Source of the DNA: Candidatus Jordarchaeales archaeon | GTDB taxonomy: Archaea; Asgardarchaeota; Jordiarchaeia; Jordiarchaeales; Freyrarchaeaceae | DNA: 32,000 nt | NCBI GenBank assembly: GCA_038858525.1 | Contig: JAWCFL010000021.1 | Coordinates: 1 to 32,000, forward strand | Direction of reading: 5' to 3' | In this document: positions 28,179 through 32,000 of the stretch, piece after piece | Numbering within the stretch: position 1 is the first letter of the stretch | Layout of the letters: every line of letters begins with the position of its first letter | Translations under genes and position numbers: made by a program | Notes under the pieces: generated by a model | Databases searched by the model: none | The model's input: the letters and a program-made list of their open reading frames with translations, nothing else | Told to the model about the DNA's origin: nothing

Positions 28179-28898
28179 CTAGAGAAATTTGATTTCTGCT
28201 TTGCCCTTGGTTGCCATGTTGACCGCATTTATTAATTGTCCTTTTAGCCCTCCTGGTATTTCGATCAGAGCTATCCAAGAACCGTCGGCTTGCCACTCCC
28301 CCTTAACTATGTTCCCTAATCTTTCTAGGACGCTATATCCTTTCCCTGCATGTTCTGGTGGGAATTTAACGGCTACTCTGATCGTCTCCATTTTTATAGG
28401 GATCACTTTCTGTATTTGTTTGAGAACGTCTTTTACCTGTTCTTCTGCGCTTCTCCAAATATCTATTTGGACCTTTGCCTCCTCCATTGCGTTTTCGATT
28501 CGTGTGGGTGGATGGGGGAGCCCTGTCTGAGGGTTTACACATGTCCTAGCTAAGATCGCTATTATCTTCTTCTTTTTTTGTTCCAAGAATTCGCGGCGTT
28601 GCTCTTGGGTTAGTTGCAGCTCACCTTTTTTTAATATGACCTTTGCGACTTCGAAGACGTCTGTTGTACCAAAGACTCTTTCTATGTCCTCTTCTGTTGC
28701 TTTTTCCCCTCTACGTGCGTTTTCATATATTACGAAGGTTTGAATTATATCTGTGGGATCCACATTTTTTCCCGTCTTATACTCCCAAGCTTTCCTAACA
28801 TCCACTAATATTTCAAATGTTTTCCCCTCTTTCTCGTATCTGGCGATCGATGTATTTTCTCCGAATTCTACTCTTTTTTCTCCTCTAATCTGTGACAT
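28179..28898 (-). CDS. sdo1: Ribosome maturation factor SBDS/Sdo1
   Basis: FEILVD, FGTTD, KGELQLT and NPQTGLPHPPTRIENAM motifs. Confidence 0.95.
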   Translation of the reverse strand: MSQIRGEKRVEFGENTSIARYEKEGKTFEILVDVRKAWEYKTGKNVDPTDIIQTFVIYENARRGEKATEEDIERVFGTTDVFEVAKVILKKGELQLTQEQRREFLEQKKKKIIAILARTCVNPQTGLPHPPTRIENAMEEAKVQIDIWRSAEEQVKDVLKQIQKVIPIKMETIRVAVKFPPEHAGKGYSVLERLGNIVKGEWQADGSWIALIEIPGGLKGQLINAVNMATKGKAEIKFL

Positions 28899-28917
28899 AA
28901 AGCATCTTTCCTCGCCT

Positions 28918-29634
28918 TTAACTTAGGTTTTCAATATATTTCTGTACTTCTTCCGCTGACAGTTTACGGAATTTTTTCGTTTGTACGTCAACTATGGCGA
29001 TCTCCACTCTTGAGGCGTCGAATTCCCCTTCAAGAACTGCTTTCAAAGCGGTTAAAGACAGTTTAATTCCTTCCTCTAAGTTTAAATCTTTCTTATATTC
29101 TTTCTCAAGTATCTCTTTTGCTTTTTGTGAACCGGCACCTATTGCTGTAGCCCAGTATCCCCAGTAGGTTCCCGACGGGTCAGTCATAAAAAGTTTAGGG
29201 CCTGCATCGTCAACTCCTGCGATGAGGAAAGAGACGCCGAAGGGTCTAACTCCTGCATGTTGTGTGTAAACTTGTTTTAAATCTCCGATATATTTTGTTA
29301 AGCTTTCAACGCTGATTGGCTCATCGTAGCTTAACTTATTAACTTGAGCTTGAACACGTGCTTGATCTACGAGGACACGTGCATCTGCGGTTAGACCCGC
29401 TATCGCAGCACCTATATGTTCATCTATTACAAAGATCTTTTCTACGCTTTCCGGGTCTTGAAGTGATAAAATTCTTTTTTCGACAGCTAATACTACTCCA
29501 TCTTTACATCTGACTCCTATAGCAGTAGTTCCTCTTCGGACAGCTTCAATGGCATATTCAACCTGGAAGAGCCTTCCATCGGGAGAAAATATTGTGATAG
29601 CTCGGTCATAGCCTAAACCTGGCGCAGCAAACAT
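28918..29634 (-). CDS. psmA: Proteasome alpha subunit
   Basis: YDRAITIFSPDGRLFQVEYA signature; ATG 29634 follows a GGAGG SD. Confidence 0.97.
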   Translation of the reverse strand: MFAAPGLGYDRAITIFSPDGRLFQVEYAIEAVRRGTTAIGVRCKDGVVLAVEKRILSLQDPESVEKIFVIDEHIGAAIAGLTADARVLVDQARVQAQVNKLSYDEPISVESLTKYIGDLKQVYTQHAGVRPFGVSFLIAGVDDAGPKLFMTDPSGTYWGYWATAIGAGSQKAKEILEKEYKKDLNLEEGIKLSLTALKAVLEGEFDASRVEIAIVDVQTKKFRKLSAEEVQKYIENLS

Positions 29635-29791
29635 ATCTTGAACCCTCCCTGCCTCATTACTGTTTAACTTTGACAAAGCCTTTAGCTCGCTACCTTAGAA
29701 AACTCAAACAGGTTTATTTATTTTTCTACCCTTTTTATCGGTTTCCTCTTTCACAGTAGCTCATCAAGGCATGTTTTCAAAAATAGCTTTT

Positions 29792-30337
29792 TCATACTAT
29801 GCTTTCTATTTTTTCCTCCAATTCTCTTTTGCAAACATGGCAAAACTCCTTCTTTTTAGCATCCGTTTCATATATGCTATTTGAAAAATGCATCACGCAA
29901 TAGCTTCTTGGGCAATGTTTTAGGAAGAATGTGTGACCTAGTTCGTGGACAGCTTCTTTTATCATCCTTTCGAAAAACTTTTTTTCGTCATGTGGCTCTC
30001 CGTAGAACCCCGGTCTAAGTCTATTCGTCGAAATTAATGCCGCATTACCGCCATACTCTGCTAATCCAAAAACAAAGTTTAAGCTTGGCACATACAAGTC
30101 TACTTGTGTTACCCCAAGCACTCGGAACCCCTTTCTTCTTTTTAACTCGTTAAGAATCTCTTCTGCGTTATACTGTCCCCTTTGGTGATTGTAGGCGAAA
30201 TCTATAGAAAATCCCTCATCCTCTACTACTGTAAAGCTTAACCAGTGGAAAATTCGTGGTAGCTCATGGGCGAGTTTAACTATGTTGGTTAAGAAATCGT
30301 GTGATACTTTTATCGGTAAAATACGCGCCTCTCTCAA
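29792..30337 (-). CDS. amzA: Archaemetzincin Zn-dependent protease
   Basis: RGQYNA, LNFVFGLA, HELGHTFFLKHC and CVMHFSNS...D.K...FC..C motifs. Confidence 0.9.
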   Translation of the reverse strand: MREARILPIKVSHDFLTNIVKLAHELPRIFHWLSFTVVEDEGFSIDFAYNHQRGQYNAEEILNELKRRKGFRVLGVTQVDLYVPSLNFVFGLAEYGGNAALISTNRLRPGFYGEPHDEKKFFERMIKEAVHELGHTFFLKHCPRSYCVMHFSNSIYETDAKKKEFCHVCKRELEEKIESIV

Positions 30338-30400
30338 GATAACCCTTCCATTGCTTGCTGTTTTTATATTTTCTTGAAGGACATATTAAAGGGTGTTTAG

Positions 30401-30742
30401 GTGAATCGCCTTAGCTGGAAATTAACCAGCTCTTTACTCATAACAACTTTTTCTCTCCTAGTTCATACTCCTGTAGCCTTGCACTCGTTGCTTATTTTAT
30501 CTGCTGCCTCCTCAGAGCGTACGGTTGCTTTACTCGTAGTTTTTTGGCTGCTTCTCTCCATAATAGCATCTTTTTCGTTTAACTGGGTAATGCTAATTCC
30601 TTTATCTCTAATATTTGTAGCGACATTACCCATTGCAATAGCTATCGCCAACCAAAATTCAGCAATAATAAATTTTCTCTTAACAAACATCACAATAACC
30701 TTTATAACAATCATATTGAGATCAACAGCGAACCTTACCTAA
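30401..30742 (+). CDS. Small hypothetical multi-pass membrane protein
   Basis: 113 aa, about four hydrophobic segments, GTG start after a GGGTG SD-like motif; no family recognised. Confidence 0.55.
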   Translation: MNRLSWKLTSSLLITTFSLLVHTPVALHSLLILSAASSERTVALLVVFWLLLSIIASFSFNWVMLIPLSLIFVATLPIAIAIANQNSAIINFLLTNITITFITIILRSTANLT

Positions 30743-30824
30743 AAAGCAACTATTAATTCTCATATTAAAGCTAAGCTCAACAGTAAGCACTTTATTAAAA
30801 CTGTTTTCTAATTGTTGTGATTGA

Positions 30825-30950
30825 CGCGGGGGGCGGGATTTGAACCCGCGCTCCCCGAAAGGGGAACTGGCTCTCAAGGCTTCCGCTCGGGACCCTACAT
30901 GACCCCGACCAGCGCCGTTTTACGTTTTATGTCCGCTTGGCTACCCCCGC
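30825..30950 (-). tRNA. tRNA-Ser(UGA) with a 29/30 intron and a probable second D-loop insert
   Basis: Acceptor stem GCGGGGG/CCCCCGC, G73 discriminator, T-arm GCGGG-TTCAAAT-CCCGC, long variable arm TCCCC-TTTC-GGGGA. After splicing the anticodon arm is CTGGC-CT-TGA-GA-GCCAG. CCA is not encoded. Confidence 0.9.
30881..30909 (-). other. 29-nt tRNA intron at non-canonical position 29/30
   Basis: Minus strand reads GCGC-TG|G-TCGGGGTC-ATGTAG-GGTCCCGA-GCGG-AA|G: an 8-bp inner stem (2 G.U), central helix GCGC/GCGG with one G.G mismatch, and 3-nt bulges. Confidence 0.82.
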
Positions 30951-31186
30951 TCAACTTCAAACATCCCTATTTCTCTCACTTGTTTAATCTCCTTTTTCTC
31001 CTTTAAATTTTTAATCAACTAGATGTATCGCGTTTTAACGTTTTGAACTTTAACTCTTACCGGTACTTTTACTGGTATCCGGGCAAACATATATTTAAAT
31101 AATCTATATACTTGTTATTTCTGAACTTTCTCGGTTAATCCTTTGCTAAGGCGCTTCTATTATGATTATGATGGAGGTGTTAAAGC

Positions 31187-31417
31187 TTGGGTCGTAGAAA
31201 AAGTAGGAAAGTTGTAAAACGACCAAGGAAAACCATCCCAAAGGTCTTTCAGTGTCCTATATGCGGGGAAAATACTGTTACTGTTGAAATGAAAAGAGAC
31301 GAGAACATAGCGATTGTTAGTTGTGGGTCATGTAAGAAAAAAGAGGAAATTAAAATATCTAAAATTTCAGAGCCCATCGACGCATATAGCATATTCGTCG
31401 ATATCTGCTCTCAGTAA
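31187..31417 (+). CDS. elf1: Transcription elongation factor Elf1 homolog
   Basis: MGRRK, FQCPICG...CGSC zinc ribbon and EPIDAYSIFVD motifs; TTG start after GGAGGTG. Confidence 0.92.
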   Translation: MGRRKSRKVVKRPRKTIPKVFQCPICGENTVTVEMKRDENIAIVSCGSCKKKEEIKISKISEPIDAYSIFVDICSQ

Positions 31418-31430
31418 TGAGGAATCTGCT

Positions 31431-32000
31431 TTAGAAGAACATGAGATACAGCAGGAAACCAGCTAGCGCTCCTACAGCCGTTGAAACCAAATTTACTATG
31501 TTATTGTCTATTGCTAAATATCCCTTTATGTGTGTTGTTATTTGTCCGCAGTGCTTCTCCTTCTCTGTTATCTTTCCACATACATTGCATTTAAATAATG
31601 ACTGTAATGTTGCTCCTATCAAGCTGTCCGCGGTACTCCCTACGAACCCTGCAAAGACACCAATTGCAATCAGCTTCACCCAAACAGGAATTTCGGCTCC
31701 TAGATACTCAAATAATTTAATTAAGACACCATTCACCCCACCAGCGACATTTATTATGTTAAGCTGGTAGAGCGCTGACGCGATCCCGCCTATCATGAGT
31801 CCACTCATGAGGATCGCTAGCTCTCCTAGAGGTGTTATTCCTCCAGATGTTCCCGGAGGAACCTTTTTTAATGGATTGGTTATTAGGCGTGGTTCTCCTG
31901 GGTAAAGTAGCCCTATTTCTGTGGCGAGCGTATCAGCCGTAGCTGTAGCTACAGTGCCTATGAAACCAGCTAAGAAAATGTCAAAGTTTCCGAGTGGAAA
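31431..32000 (-). CDS. DUF92/TMEM19-family membrane protein, 3' part (start lies beyond the window)
   Basis: The frame is open from 32000: ATADTLATEIG, VPPGTSGGITPLG, GFVGSTADSLIGATLQ, CNVC..ITE..HC and DNNIVN motifs. Confidence 0.9.
   Translation of the reverse strand, partial: FPLGNFDIFLAGFIGTVATATADTLATEIGLLYPGEPRLITNPLKKVPPGTSGGITPLGELAILMSGLMIGGIASALYQLNIINVAGGVNGVLIKLFEYLGAEIPVWVKLIAIGVFAGFVGSTADSLIGATLQSLFKCNVCGKITEKEKHCGQITTHIKGYLAIDNNIVNLVSTAVGALAGFLLYLMFF

Noticed and set aside
30463-30714. Minus-strand 83-aa ORF, and the many other short overlapping ORFs (for example 13692-14234, 15580-16086, 19404-20036, 24005-24511, 26287-26826)
   Set aside because: They are antisense or alternate-frame shadows of well-supported genes with no motifs of their own.
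1-32000. CRISPR array, rRNA, prophage or defence island
   Set aside because: No periodic repeats, rRNA-like segments, cas, viral or restriction genes were seen. The coding space is almost fully explained by housekeeping genes.

Overview
Archaeal chromosomal window made mostly of housekeeping genes: PPAT, pheS/pheT, prs, trm11, rnz, dnaG, lysS, an ECF transporter, the proteasome-exosome-KEOPS-prefoldin superoperon, elf1 and a tRNA-Ser. A Vps4 AAA ATPase sits next to an ESCRT-II Vps25-like gene, which suggests an Asgard-type lineage (inference). The 5' part of an IS607-family serine transposase lies at the left edge. The main finding is that two protein-coding genes which look frameshifted are each interrupted by a tiny hairpin intron bounded by a bulge-helix-bulge (BHB) motif. 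These are the PflX-like radical SAM gene (28 nt, 5929-5956) and the primase-family gene dnaG (31 nt, 14222-14252, minus strand). Cutting after the second nucleotide of each 3-nt bulge, the rule for the archaeal tRNA-splicing endonuclease, restores the reading frame and the conserved motif exactly. The tRNA-Ser(UGA) in the same window has a non-canonical 29/30 intron with the same relaxed BHB geometry, and probably a second D-loop insert. Together these point to endonuclease-based mRNA splicing beyond the known crenarchaeal cbf5 case. All calls were made by eye from sequence and motifs; no searches were run.
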